Virus record (IMG/VR): IMGVR_UViG_3300044455_000042
Location: 1-40,535 of that record
Reading direction: 5' to 3' (one strand)
Length of the DNA: 40,535 nucleotides
From: a virus
Taxonomy: Duplodnaviria > Caudoviricetes
Each line of letters starts with the position of its first letter. The first letter of the stretch is position 1. The notes under the pieces were generated by a model, which saw nothing but the letters and a program-made list of their open reading frames with translations, was not told the DNA's origin and made no database searches. Shown piece after piece: positions 24,562-33,872 of the stretch. The translations under genes and the position numbers were made by a program.

Positions 24562-26511
24562 TTATGCGGTGTTGACTTCGCCACCCCACGAAACGCCCGT
24601 CAGGTACACGACGGCAGGATCGCGCCGCCTGAGCCAGTTGATGGTACGCTCGGCCCGAATGGCGACGCTGTTCGTTTGCCACATGCTGACCAGCGACGCG
24701 CCGGTCGGCGTGTGCGAGTTGTGCGCCGGCACATCTGCCATCTCGAGCGATGCCTCGCGGCTTGCATCGATCTGGATCTGGCCGTCGTCCGCCAAATAGA
24801 TATCGGACGCATTGGCCAGAATGACGATGTCACTGACGTAGTCCGAGGCGATCACCGGCATGCCGTTGAGCGTGCCGCCGGTCATGGACATCCCGGCAAA
24901 TTCCGCCTGCCCCAAGGGGTTCTGCAGCATGGCCAGGGCAACCGCCGTGTTGCTCCCCATAATCCACACACCGCTCGACGGAGGATTATTGAACGATGCG
25001 TATTTGGCATAGACAGAACGGATATCGAGCCGCACGTCGTCAGCATCATCACCGCTCGACGCAATGGTTTCGGCACCGTTGGTGATCGAGGCCGGCTTGA
25101 TGCTCGCGGTCCCGGCATTGGCGGGATCGACAAAGTCCATGTCGAGCCGCTCGCGCAGCGCAGCCGCAAGGCTTTCACGCACGATGACATCCGATTTCGG
25201 CGACGAACTGCGGATGCTTTCTTCCGTGAGAACGGCGATGTTGGCGCACTTGGTCGGCTCCATCGTCGTGCGCGTGAAGTCAAACGAGGTGAGCCCTTTC
25301 GCCTTGCCTTCCCCGGTCCAGTAGGCAGCACCGCCGCCGGTCTGTGTAATCAGCGGCGTGCGGAACATCACATTGCGCAATGCTGGAACGCCACCATTGC
25401 CGAAACGGCCGAGGATGGTTTGCGGCCGCAGGTACTCGACGAAGTCCGCCACCGCACCGCTTTCCTCGCCGACCAGGTTGGCCGCCCAGTTGCCGTCAAT
25501 GGTCGTGCCAGCCGGCACCGGAGCCTTCGTGGTGAGTTCGCCAACCACGATGCTGTCCGGTCCATAGAGTTCGCGGGCAATGTCGACCGCCGGCCGATAC
25601 TGCTTGTGCGAGAGCGCCATGCACTTGACCATGCGCGCGAACGCAAGGCCGGGCGCGAGTTTCGGCTGCGCCTTCACGATGATCGACGATCGCGCCTCGG
25701 CGCCCTCGCGCGCCGTCTCGGCCCTGGTCACCGGCTTGGCCGCGAATGCCTTCGCCTTCTCGACCGCGCGCAGGCGAACGAGATCCTTGTCGATCGCCTC
25801 GACCGTGGCGGCGAGGCCGTCGAACTCGTCCCCTTCGCCCGCGTCCGAGGTGCGATCCTCGTCCAGCGTCTTCTGCATCACATCTTCCATGCGCGACGCT
25901 GTCGCTGCGCGCTTGGCCTCAAGAGCAGTGATCTGCTCTGCGATCGTTTTCATTTCGGTGCCCTCCAGGGCAATCGGTTGAGATCGTCCGGAGGCGCCCG
26001 GTGGGTTGAGATGAACGACACGGTGCGGCGCTCGTTGGCCTGACGCGGCCCGCTGCGCTGTGTCGATCGAACGGATCGTCGTGATGCTGGCGTCCTGGTG
26101 CGCGGCGATCGTCACCGCGCTGAGCTCGAGCCAGGACCATTTTTTGAAGCGAATGCCCTTGGTTTCAGGAATGAACTCATGCTCGAGCGGCTTGAAGCCG
26201 ATCGACAGGCCCGGCACCAATCCGGCTTTGATCAGTGACCAGGCGCGGTCAATCTCAGCCGTGACGCCCTTGGCGATCTTCGCGACGATCTCAATGCCGG
26301 CCTTCGTGACCTTGGCATGCGTGACCTGGCCGATCGGCTGTGCCGAGTCGTGCTGCCACAACAGCGGCAACGGCAGTTTGTATTCCGCGCCCATCGGCTC
26401 AACAACGTCGTTCAAGCGGTCAGGCGCAGGCGTGGTGGCCCAGCCCGTGATGACGCGCGCGTCCTCATCGACCTGCTTGATTTCAAGCAGGCTATACGCC
26501 CGGTTGAGCAT
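24562..26511 (-). CDS. Fused prohead protease plus HK97-fold major capsid protein
   Basis: N-terminal PLLWQHD..PIG, GLSIGF, ELSAVTIAA protease motifs; coiled-coil delta region; capsid motifs AYWTGEGKAK, PVIASDYV, SMWQTNSVAIRAER. Confidence 0.95.
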   Translation of the reverse strand: MLNRAYSLLEIKQVDEDARVITGWATTPAPDRLNDVVEPMGAEYKLPLPLLWQHDSAQPIGQVTHAKVTKAGIEIVAKIAKGVTAEIDRAWSLIKAGLVPGLSIGFKPLEHEFIPETKGIRFKKWSWLELSAVTIAAHQDASITTIRSIDTAQRAASGQRAPHRVVHLNPPGASGRSQPIALEGTEMKTIAEQITALEAKRAATASRMEDVMQKTLDEDRTSDAGEGDEFDGLAATVEAIDKDLVRLRAVEKAKAFAAKPVTRAETAREGAEARSSIIVKAQPKLAPGLAFARMVKCMALSHKQYRPAVDIARELYGPDSIVVGELTTKAPVPAGTTIDGNWAANLVGEESGAVADFVEYLRPQTILGRFGNGGVPALRNVMFRTPLITQTGGGAAYWTGEGKAKGLTSFDFTRTTMEPTKCANIAVLTEESIRSSSPKSDVIVRESLAAALRERLDMDFVDPANAGTASIKPASITNGAETIASSGDDADDVRLDIRSVYAKYASFNNPPSSGVWIMGSNTAVALAMLQNPLGQAEFAGMSMTGGTLNGMPVIASDYVSDIVILANASDIYLADDGQIQIDASREASLEMADVPAHNSHTPTGASLVSMWQTNSVAIRAERTINWLRRRDPAVVYLTGVSWGGEVNTA

Positions 26512-26528
26512 GATGGATCATCCCTCAG

Positions 26529-26690
26529 TCAGAAAAACCACACGGCGGCCATCGCGAGAAAGATAAACATCAGGCCGCCCGCCAACGCGCCAAGCCAGCC
26601 GGATGTCCAGCCGTAGTAGCCGGTGCAGACCACGAACAGGACCGCGGTCAGGACATCAATGCGGCGGATGACGAAGGAGCGACGCCGGAA
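26529..26690 (-). CDS. Small two-TM membrane protein (start unclear)
   Basis: RRIDVLTAVLFVVCTGYYGWTSGWLGALAGGLMFIFLAMAAVWFF; no nearby in-frame ATG, so the 5' end is approximate. Confidence 0.45.
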   Translation of the reverse strand, partial: FRRRSFVIRRIDVLTAVLFVVCTGYYGWTSGWLGALAGGLMFIFLAMAAVWFF

Positions 26691-26708
26691 TACCGGAACG
26701 TCGCCCCA

Positions 26709-26733
26709 TAAGAAAAACCGGCGAGCCAGCCGC
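26709..26733 (-). terminator. Weak terminator-like hairpin after the PEP-CTERM-like gene
   Basis: GGCGG-CTGGC-TCGCC then GGTTTTTCTT on minus. Confidence 0.4.
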
Positions 26734-26734
26734 C

Positions 26735-27484
26735 TCAGACGCGGCGATTGCGCCGCCACCGGCCCAGTCCGAGCAACGCGAAACACCCGGCGATGATACC
26801 GGGAATGCCCGCGCCCACGATCGGACCGGGTACAGCCTGCGGGATGATGAAGAAGCTGTCCGGACCATCGTTCGCGCCCGAAATGCGCGCGTAGAAGATC
26901 AGCTTGTCGCCCAGCTGGATGTCGGTGCCAAGGTCGATGTTAAACCCGGTCAGCGTGTAGTCGGGAAATCCGGTCCCGTTGTTGGTCGACGGAACCAGAG
27001 CTCCACCCGGCTGAAGCAACGAGTACTGCGCCAGCACGGTGTGCTGGGTCAGGTTCAGCAGGGCGAACGCCTCCAAGGTCTGCGCCTGATTGGTGTCGTT
27101 GACATCGACGCCGATGGCGAAGTTCAGCGAGCCGTCGCCATTGGCGAGCAGGTAAGCCCGCAGGAACGAACCGTCGTAGGCTGTGCCCACGGTATCGAAA
27201 CCGGGATTGCCGCCGCCTGACACGTTGGTGGAAAAGTAGATGAGGCTGTCGGCATTGCCGGCGTTGTGAAAGTTGGTATAGCCGAACGTGGCCGACTGCT
27301 GCGGCTGGTGATCGCCGCAGATGACGCACTGGATGTTCAGCGGCTGGTTGCCGCCTGGCACCACCGCGTCGAGCGACAGGGTTGTGCCGGTGTTCGTCCA
27401 AATCTGGCCGCCGAGAGTTACTTGCGCGTGGGCAGGGCTGGCGAGCGCACCAAGCATGGCCGCCGCCAGCAATAGCTTCTTCAT
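26735..27484 (-). CDS. Exported protein with PEP-CTERM-like (VPGP) sorting signal
   Basis: SD GAGGAG; signal peptide MKKLLLAAAMLGALASPAHA; C-terminus AVPGPIVGAGIPGIIAGCFALLGLG-RWRRNRRV (motif, TM, Arg cluster). Confidence 0.85.
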   Translation of the reverse strand: MKKLLLAAAMLGALASPAHAQVTLGGQIWTNTGTTLSLDAVVPGGNQPLNIQCVICGDHQPQQSATFGYTNFHNAGNADSLIYFSTNVSGGGNPGFDTVGTAYDGSFLRAYLLANGDGSLNFAIGVDVNDTNQAQTLEAFALLNLTQHTVLAQYSLLQPGGALVPSTNNGTGFPDYTLTGFNIDLGTDIQLGDKLIFYARISGANDGPDSFFIIPQAVPGPIVGAGIPGIIAGCFALLGLGRWRRNRRV

Positions 27485-27511
27485 CGGGTAGATCTCCTCT
27501 GGTTTAATCGA

Positions 27512-29200
27512 TCACGCAAAATGCAGGTGATATTCCGGGTTTTTATCCGGGTTTTTCACCATTACGGTCGCGGCATCCATCAGCGCGCACCACGCGTCGA
27601 TCTTGGCGTCGCCGGCGTTGGACTTCGTGGCACGAATTGCGGTCGCGGTTGGCTCGATCTTCACGTTGCCGCAACACCATTCCATCAAGCCGCTAGGCGC
27701 ATGCACAAACGTTCCGTTGGCGAGCTTGCGCTCCACCGTCTTGATCGCGCCCATCAGCCGGTAACCTTGGCCGATGCCAACAATTTCCTCAGACGCTTCG
27801 GTCACGTCGATCTCGGCCAGCGCATCTACGAACTCGCCGTATGGCCCTTCAATGTCGAGCGCCACACAGGACAACAAACCGGCGCCCTTGACGCGCTCGA
27901 CAATCTCGACGATCTCCGACACATCATCGAGCCGATCATCAACAATGGTCAATTCGCCCGCCGCCGCGAAGTCCTCGAGCCGCGATGCAATCGACAGCCG
28001 GCGATTGAGGACGCCGCGATGGCACCAGGCGTGCGACCACGAAAGCCAACGCTTGGTAACCTTCTCGCGGCCGAGCACCGACAGCCCAAACAGATCGTCG
28101 AGCCCGCCGCCGTCAACCCCGATCACGATCGTCTCACTGCGCTCGATCAGGCTGTCGAGCGTCAGTTCGTGGTCGACCGCGCCAGGCCAGAACTCGGCGC
28201 CAGCCCAGCCGTCGGTTTTCATCCCGAGCCCCATCTCGATGTTGAGATGCTGCGAGGCCCAGATCCGGATCGCCTGGTCGTTCTTGGTCTGCTCGGTCTG
28301 CCAGTCGGCCACCAGACTATCCAGATGCACCGACCGGCCGAGGTTCGGCATCACCATCGCCCAGTTTGCCGGATCGCCCCACCGCTCGCGATGCTTGCCG
28401 ATCGCGTCGGGAAATTCGTACAGCACCGGCAACAGCGGTCGGCTCACCTTGCCGCGGAAATGTCCGTCCCTGATCCGCCGCGCGTTGTTCAGTTCGTCCT
28501 TGAACGCGCCAGTCGGAATGTCGTCCGATTGCGTCGTCGTGATCACCAGCAAACCTTCGGGCGTCTTCTCCAGCCCGCCGCGGATCTGCCGCAACACCTT
28601 CGGCGTGTGCGGGTTCTTGCCGAGCAGATGCAGCTCGTCCAGCAATGCGATGAACAGGATCGTCCCGCTCAGAATGTTGACGTCAAAGGTCTTGATCCGC
28701 AGCGCGGACTGGTTCGCCAGATCCTGAATGGTCTTGATGTGGTCACGGGTCCGAAACCGTTTTTTCAGGGCCGGGCTAGCCTCGATCATGCCCACGGCCT
28801 TGTCATATGCGGTGTCCGAGATCGCCTGCGTCGGCGCCACGAACAAACCCTCGGCCCGCGGCCGCTGGTTCAAATACATCGCGGTCAGCAACAAGCCCGC
28901 GCTGTAGGTCGTCTTGCTCTGCCCCTTCGGCAGCATCGCCAGGATGTCGCGGACATAGCGCCGCCGTTCGCCCGGAAACCAGCTGCCAAACGCCACCCGC
29001 ACGAGATCGCGGAACCACGGCCCGCAGGCATCCCGCATCAGCGGGAGCCCCGGGACGTCCGGCAGACAGAGCTGATCGAAAATAGCCAGCCCGTCGCTCG
29101 CCTCCGCGTTATTGAGCGGAAGATCGGGGATCAGCGACCGGCCATGCAACAGACGGTCTTGCCAATCCGGACAACTCAGATCCCACATTTCGTTCGGCAC
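27512..29200 (-). CDS. terL: Terminase large subunit
   Basis: Walker A-like LPKGQSKTT, VAPT, Walker B LLDELH, ITTQS, nuclease GVDGGGLDDL and KIDA motifs. Confidence 0.95.
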   Translation of the reverse strand: MPNEMWDLSCPDWQDRLLHGRSLIPDLPLNNAEASDGLAIFDQLCLPDVPGLPLMRDACGPWFRDLVRVAFGSWFPGERRRYVRDILAMLPKGQSKTTYSAGLLLTAMYLNQRPRAEGLFVAPTQAISDTAYDKAVGMIEASPALKKRFRTRDHIKTIQDLANQSALRIKTFDVNILSGTILFIALLDELHLLGKNPHTPKVLRQIRGGLEKTPEGLLVITTTQSDDIPTGAFKDELNNARRIRDGHFRGKVSRPLLPVLYEFPDAIGKHRERWGDPANWAMVMPNLGRSVHLDSLVADWQTEQTKNDQAIRIWASQHLNIEMGLGMKTDGWAGAEFWPGAVDHELTLDSLIERSETIVIGVDGGGLDDLFGLSVLGREKVTKRWLSWSHAWCHRGVLNRRLSIASRLEDFAAAGELTIVDDRLDDVSEIVEIVERVKGAGLLSCVALDIEGPYGEFVDALAEIDVTEASEEIVGIGQGYRLMGAIKTVERKLANGTFVHAPSGLMEWCCGNVKIEPTATAIRATKSNAGDAKIDAWCALMDAATVMVKNPDKNPEYHLHFA

Positions 29201-29576
29201 GCGCCGCGATCACTCTGTCAAACGGCGAACTGATATCCAGTTGTTGCGCTGCAGTAGCCGCGGCCTCCTTCTTGCCCGGCGCCATACCCGCCGTCTGGTC
29301 GCGCGGCTCGGACCACTTCGCACGACACCGCAGCCAGAACATCATCGCCGGCACGCTGCCTTTCTTGGCGGCGGTGAACAGAAACCCGGCGACCTGCGCG
29401 TTGGTTTTGACGTGTCCAAGATCCAATTCGCGCCGGTAATGTTTGCCCAGGGTCAGGTGGTTGATACCCATGACGCGCGCAATGTCTTCCTCAGGTACGC
29501 CATAGGATGCAAGGGACTCGACATAGGTTCGGTCCTTGGTCGTCGGTTGGTGAGGTGGTCGTCCTTGCTTAGCCAT
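29109..29576 (-). CDS. terS: Terminase small subunit
   Basis: GRPPHQPT, HTH EDIARVMGI...L.KHYRREL, AMMFWLRCRAKWSE; directly upstream of terL (92-nt overlap). Confidence 0.8.
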   Translation of the reverse strand: MAKQGRPPHQPTTKDRTYVESLASYGVPEEDIARVMGINHLTLGKHYRRELDLGHVKTNAQVAGFLFTAAKKGSVPAMMFWLRCRAKWSEPRDQTAGMAPGKKEAAATAAQQLDISSPFDRVIAARAERNVGSELSGLARPSVAWPVADPRSSAQ

Positions 29577-29579
29577 AGA

Positions 29580-29665
29580 TGTGCCTCACTAATAAAAACC
29601 CGTCGCTGAGCCCCCAGCGGTAAGGGACCCCCAAAAGGTATAACACTTTATGCCCCCCCCATCCG
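29580..29665. other. Probable cos/packaging initiation region
   Basis: Short non-coding interval between the packaging HNH and terS with G/C runs, where cos lies in HK97-like phages; exact cut site not identifiable. Confidence 0.4.
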
Positions 29666-29980
29666 CCGCGCTCTTGCCATGAGCGTCTTCACCGTGTGGT
29701 GCGAACCGCAAAGGCATTGGCCGTTGGCTGGATCGAAGGGTAGTCCGCCGTCCTGCAATTCTTGGGCGTGATCGGCGAACATGCGATGGCCTGGTGCTGC
29801 CTTGCTGCAGCGCCTGCCGGCGTCGACCGCCTGACATCGAGCACCAGCTCGAGCTATGACTATTGTTCGCCATGCTTCGTATTGCTGAGAGAGATAGATC
29901 GCATCAACACGCTTGGCCTGTGGCTGTACCACCCTGCTGTTGAACATGCGGGCTAGTGGCCTGGGCTTGGGGATGGGCAT
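29648..29980 (-). CDS. Packaging-associated HNH endonuclease (HK97 gp74-like)
   Basis: Y.S...W...RAGARCQ...C...FADH..EL.DGG...D.ANGQCLCGSHH..KT; upstream of terS. Confidence 0.88.
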   Translation of the reverse strand: MPIPKPRPLARMFNSRVVQPQAKRVDAIYLSQQYEAWRTIVIARAGARCQAVDAGRRCSKAAPGHRMFADHAQELQDGGLPFDPANGQCLCGSHHTVKTLMARARRMGGA

Positions 29981-30012
29981 GCAATCAGCACCCCTCGCAG
30001 ATAGAGGGCTGG

Positions 30013-30282
30013 TCAGCCTCGGGTGGGCGAGGGCGTGGCAATGGATGCGATGGATCGACTGGGCTCTGCATCAACCCGAAACCTGGGGCTCCACCCGAGC
30101 AGCATCGACACCAGCATGATCAACACGATGAGCGCAACCACGGCCCAGAGCAGCTTGGGGATTGGATGCGGGAGGGGAAAGCCGAACGCTGCCGCCGCGT
30201 AGATGATCACGTACACGATGATGCTCAAGACCACTGCGTACAGCAGGATGTGGAGCAGTCCGATGAGTAGACCTTCCAACAT
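30013..30282 (-). CDS. Small two-TM membrane protein
   Basis: SD GGAGG before ATG 30282; two hydrophobic helices separated by GFPLPHPIPK. Confidence 0.75.
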   Translation of the reverse strand: MLEGLLIGLLHILLYAVVLSIIVYVIIYAAAAFGFPLPHPIPKLLWAVVALIVLIMLVSMLLGWSPRFRVDAEPSRSIASIATPSPTRG

Positions 30283-30409
30283 GGCCGGCCTCCAATGCAA
30301 AACGCCGCCCGTGCGGGAGCGGCGTTCATGGTTTGCGGCAAGAAGCCTTGGGGAAAGGCTGGCGCAAAACTGCACCTGGCACAAAAGTAGCCACAACTGT
30401 TCCGTTCTG

Positions 30410-31012
30410 TCAACTGCTGGTAGCTTCCAGCCGTTTGTCGAATACATGTTGTGCGGCGGCGATCCATGCCTGGCGCTGTGTTCCGGTGACCATGTTGGCC
30501 CATGCGGCGTAGTGGCGAAGGCCGATAATGATGGCGCGTGCGGTGCGCTTGCGGCCGTAGCCGATCTCCTCGGCGATCACCGAGATCGGCCTCTCGTCGA
30601 TCACGGCACACCAGATCACCTCGAGCATGGGTGAGCGCGTGCGGGACCATTCGGCGGTCCAGTGGGTTTGCCAGCGTTGGTAGTTCCGCACCGCTAGAGC
30701 GATGTGCACCGGCCATGGGCGGTCGTCCTGGCGGCCGCGAGTGCCGAGCTCGAGCGAGACGGCGCGTAGGATGCCGCCTGTTGCCACAGAGAAGGCCGCC
30801 AGTGTGATTTCGTCGGCGGCCTCTAGTTCGGTGGGTCCTATCCGTCCGGCTTCCAGCAGCGTCCGCAGGGGCGGCTGGTGCCGTTGCAACTTTATGATGG
30901 TGTAACCGGTGCCCACATCTTGCACGTTACCGGCTTCGCGCGCCTCGGCTTCGACCTTGCGCACCGTGCGCTGCATGCGTTGCGCTAGTGCGGCAGGTTG
31001 CTTCCGGCTCAT
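30410..31012 (-). CDS. Putative late transcription regulator (DUF6456-like C-terminal HTH)
   Basis: LLEAGRIG..ELEAADEI and AVIDERPISVIAEEIG...IGLRHYA patterns; located between replication and late genes. Confidence 0.65.
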   Translation of the reverse strand: MSRKQPAALAQRMQRTVRKVEAEAREAGNVQDVGTGYTIIKLQRHQPPLRTLLEAGRIGPTELEAADEITLAAFSVATGGILRAVSLELGTRGRQDDRPWPVHIALAVRNYQRWQTHWTAEWSRTRSPMLEVIWCAVIDERPISVIAEEIGYGRKRTARAIIIGLRHYAAWANMVTGTQRQAWIAAAQHVFDKRLEATSS

Positions 31013-31059
31013 GTTCTCCCCTTGCTTGCTTCCCCGGCCGACCGCTTTTTCTGCACGTT

Positions 31060-31210
31060 TTTCGAGTTATCCACACTAATCCACAGGTGCTCCTTCCACT
31101 ATCACCACTGTTTACCTTCTTTCTTTCTTATTTGGTTAGCATTGCAAAAGGGTATGCACCGCATATGCAATGCTATTGCTTTGCATATCCATTTGCATCG
31201 GATTTTCCCC
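31060..31210. promoter_or_regulatory. Putative replication origin with DnaA boxes and iteron-like repeats
   Basis: TTATCCACA (31067-31075, perfect DnaA box), TAATCCACA (31077-31085), pyrimidine/AT-rich tract and repeated TGCA-core units at 31141-31200. Confidence 0.6.
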
Positions 31211-31526
31211 ACCTTTTCAATGCTGCGGCGCTTCTCCGAGCCCGCATTTTTTGCACGTCCAGCCACGTCGACGACAAACGCTTCTGTGTTATTATGTTAC
31301 CGCTCACCGTCATCGGCCGCATGACCCGCTCGCTGATCTGGTTCCACCGTGGAAGCGTCACGCCGCCGATCCGCGCCAGTTCCGTTGGCGTGTCCGGAAG
31401 CTGCGCACCATGCCGCCACATGGCGATCAGCAGCCGCACATAAACGCCCATCTCCTCGGCCGACATGTGCGTGGTGTCCGCAATCAGCGCGTCGGTCTTG
31501 AGCGGCATGACGGGCAATTCAGCCAT
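31173..31526 (-). CDS. DUF1376/YdaU-family replication initiator-like protein (short)
   Basis: MPLKTDALIADTTHMSAEEMGVYVRLL..W...LPD...LARI...QKRL motif. Confidence 0.88.
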   Translation of the reverse strand: MAELPVMPLKTDALIADTTHMSAEEMGVYVRLLIAMWRHGAQLPDTPTELARIGGVTLPRWNQISERVMRPMTVSGNIITQKRLSSTWLDVQKMRARRSAAALKRWGKSDANGYAKQ

Positions 31527-32091
31527 GCTCAATCTCAGCCCGGAATGCAGTGCGTTCGTCTAATGATGCTTTCGCCCAGGCCTTGCGCAATTGTTTGAGC
31601 GGTGATGGCGGCTTGCGGAATCCAGCCTCGATGGCGGCGGCATTTGTCGAGAGTTCGCCAGCGATGACCTTCTCGGCGAGGTCGGGCCGGTCGCGCTTGA
31701 GACGCTTCAGTGCGTAGGTGGGATTGTTGCCCCGGTTAGGAGTGACATTGTCACTCCTATGTCCCCTTCCAACATGTTTCGGTGCCGCTCCTATTTCCTC
31801 GTTGATGCGTTTCTGCACATCCTCGCGCTTGCGGCAGATCGCCATCAGGTCAGCAATGGTGCAGCCGAGCCCCTCCCACAGCGGACAGGCGGCAAAAGCC
31901 TCAAACGATTTGAATTCCACACCGGCACTGTCGCAGCGCCCAACCCACTCATGCTCCCCAATAATCTCTTTCAGGATATTCGGCGCAATATCGAATATCC
32001 GCTTTCCGCCTTCGCTCAACACTTGTTGCAAGGTGTTGATCCGATCCGGCGGCTCAGCACTGACGCCTCGAATCCTGACTAGATCAACCAT
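31519..32091 (-). CDS. Hypothetical DNA-binding protein (ParB C-terminal HTH-like tail)
   Basis: 190 aa; RGNNPTYALKRLKRDRPDLAEKVIAGELSTNAAAIEAGFRKP. Confidence 0.7.
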   Translation of the reverse strand: MVDLVRIRGVSAEPPDRINTLQQVLSEGGKRIFDIAPNILKEIIGEHEWVGRCDSAGVEFKSFEAFAACPLWEGLGCTIADLMAICRKREDVQKRINEEIGAAPKHVGRGHRSDNVTPNRGNNPTYALKRLKRDRPDLAEKVIAGELSTNAAAIEAGFRKPPSPLKQLRKAWAKASLDERTAFRAEIEHG

Positions 32092-33872
32092 TGGGGCAAA
32101 CCGTTTTTCAGTGTGGCCTCAAACCGCCTCATCCAATCCATGTGCCGGCCAAGTTCGACGAGTGAGCAGCCATCCGGGTTACTGTGCAACTCTCTGTTCT
32201 TCTTCGCCTTGATCCGCTTGATGATGTCCTGATATTCGATAACCTGCAGTCGCCCGGCCTTCTTCATCATGCCCATGACCTGAAAAGTCTTCAGCCGGGC
32301 GGCATTCTCGATCTTGATCTTCTCTTTAATAATTAGCGCAGACTCATTAAATAACGGATCGCGTCTCTTCAACCCTTCGCGCAGTGCTTCTTCCACAATC
32401 CGTTCAACATCATCTTTAACCATTTGTTCGCTGTAGGGTCGGTTCATTACCTCTTGCATGACATTCTCATAGTGTGGGTGATCCCGGATATTTGTAAGTT
32501 CGGCATTCTTGATGATGACATCCGGCGGAATGGCATAGTCTCCCTCAAAGGTGGGCGGTTCGTGCGGCCCATTGTGATTGATTTCTGGTTTCTCCTCAAA
32601 ACATGTTTCGACATTGTCGCCCGCATATGCAGCCATTTCACACGCCTCATCGACGCTCACGATGCCCTTCGGTGTAGGAAGAATATTCCTAGGCACCCTA
32701 GATAGACGCCCGATCGTCTGCAGTGTCGTATTGTTTAATCCTGGCGCGTTCAAAAAGACCACCTCGCATACGTCGGTACAGTCCAGCCCTTCGCCAGCCA
32801 TTCCAACGTTCACTAAAATGTCGAGTGTCCACTGCCGTATTCCTGACGCATCCTTCGGCGGACAGAACCGCTTCAAGATTTCCTCGTTTTCTGCATCAGA
32901 CCGCCCGCGGGGACCTGTGCCAACCCAATCAACTTCAACACCGGGACTGATCAGGGATCTGATTTGCTCACACACCATCTTCGCATGAGAGCATGAGATG
33001 GCCTGCACCAGCATCTGCGCTTCAAATGAATAAGACATCATGCGAGCGAGTGGCTTCTCGAGCAGCGGCGAGAAATATCGCGGACTCCAACGCAACTCCC
33101 GCACAGCCATTTCACGGTCGATAACTTCGGGCTTGTCAGATCCGGCCATCTTGTAGATTTCGGCTGTCGTAAACGTCTGCACATCTACATTGTTGACCAT
33201 TGCATCGACGCGATAGTCATAAGCGTGAAGCTCTAGCGCCTTCACGTATCCCAGCCTCCGAGCGGCTCGGTATTCGAATTTGACATCAGGTTCGCCAAAT
33301 GGCTCGCTCTCGTCCTGACGGTACGGTGTAGCACTCATTGCCAGAAATGCCTGATGAGGCAGCGATTGCAGTTTCTTCGTCCATGCCTTATCCGGGCTGC
33401 CATAATGATGATATTCATCGATGACGATGAACCACCTTCCTGTAGCCATCATTTCTCGCAGAACCGTCAGCGCATTGCCGTTCGAAACAAGCGCCTGGAT
33501 AGTCGTGATAAATATCTCGCATTCCCCGGATCGATGCGCTTTCAGCGCGGGAAGCGGCGTGTCGCCCAAGATCAGCGACTTGGTGGGAATATTGAGAACC
33601 CGGCTCAGATCGCGCGGGAATTCCTCGGCCGCCTGAACTGCTTGGCTGCTGCGAGGAACAATGTAGAGCACCCGATTGACCAAGTTGCGACTGCGTTGCA
33701 CCGCATATGCCACCGCTGCCGTCCTGGTCTTGCCAATTCCGGTCGGCAATTTGGCAACAACGGTTGCGCGCTCAAAAAAGAGTTCTATGACCTCGCGCTG
33801 ACCTTGCCGTAACGATTCGCCAAGGCGGTCTTCGACTTGTGACAGGAAAGACATACGGCCTGAAGATTCCAT
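32079..33872 (-). CDS. Superfamily 2 (DExH, ResIII-like) helicase
   Basis: LRQGQRE, PTGIGKT, IDEYHH, SATPYR, MAGEGLD, QTIGRLSR motifs; SD GGAGGA before ATG 33872. Confidence 0.92.
   Translation of the reverse strand: MESSGRMSFLSQVEDRLGESLRQGQREVIELFFERATVVAKLPTGIGKTRTAAVAYAVQRSRNLVNRVLYIVPRSSQAVQAAEEFPRDLSRVLNIPTKSLILGDTPLPALKAHRSGECEIFITTIQALVSNGNALTVLREMMATGRWFIVIDEYHHYGSPDKAWTKKLQSLPHQAFLAMSATPYRQDESEPFGEPDVKFEYRAARRLGYVKALELHAYDYRVDAMVNNVDVQTFTTAEIYKMAGSDKPEVIDREMAVRELRWSPRYFSPLLEKPLARMMSYSFEAQMLVQAISCSHAKMVCEQIRSLISPGVEVDWVGTGPRGRSDAENEEILKRFCPPKDASGIRQWTLDILVNVGMAGEGLDCTDVCEVVFLNAPGLNNTTLQTIGRLSRVPRNILPTPKGIVSVDEACEMAAYAGDNVETCFEEKPEINHNGPHEPPTFEGDYAIPPDVIIKNAELTNIRDHPHYENVMQEVMNRPYSEQMVKDDVERIVEEALREGLKRRDPLFNESALIIKEKIKIENAARLKTFQVMGMMKKAGRLQVIEYQDIIKRIKAKKNRELHSNPDGCSLVELGRHMDWMRRFEATLKNGLPQWLI

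Noticed and set aside
24676-26043. 455-aa antisense ORF over the capsid gene
   Set aside because: Shadow ORF of GC-biased codons
27521-29233. 570-aa antisense ORF mirroring terL
   Set aside because: Shadow ORF with no recognisable domain
30376-30391. Sigma54-like CTGGCAC-N5-TAGC
   Set aside because: Imperfect -12 element and it points antisense into the late regulator gene
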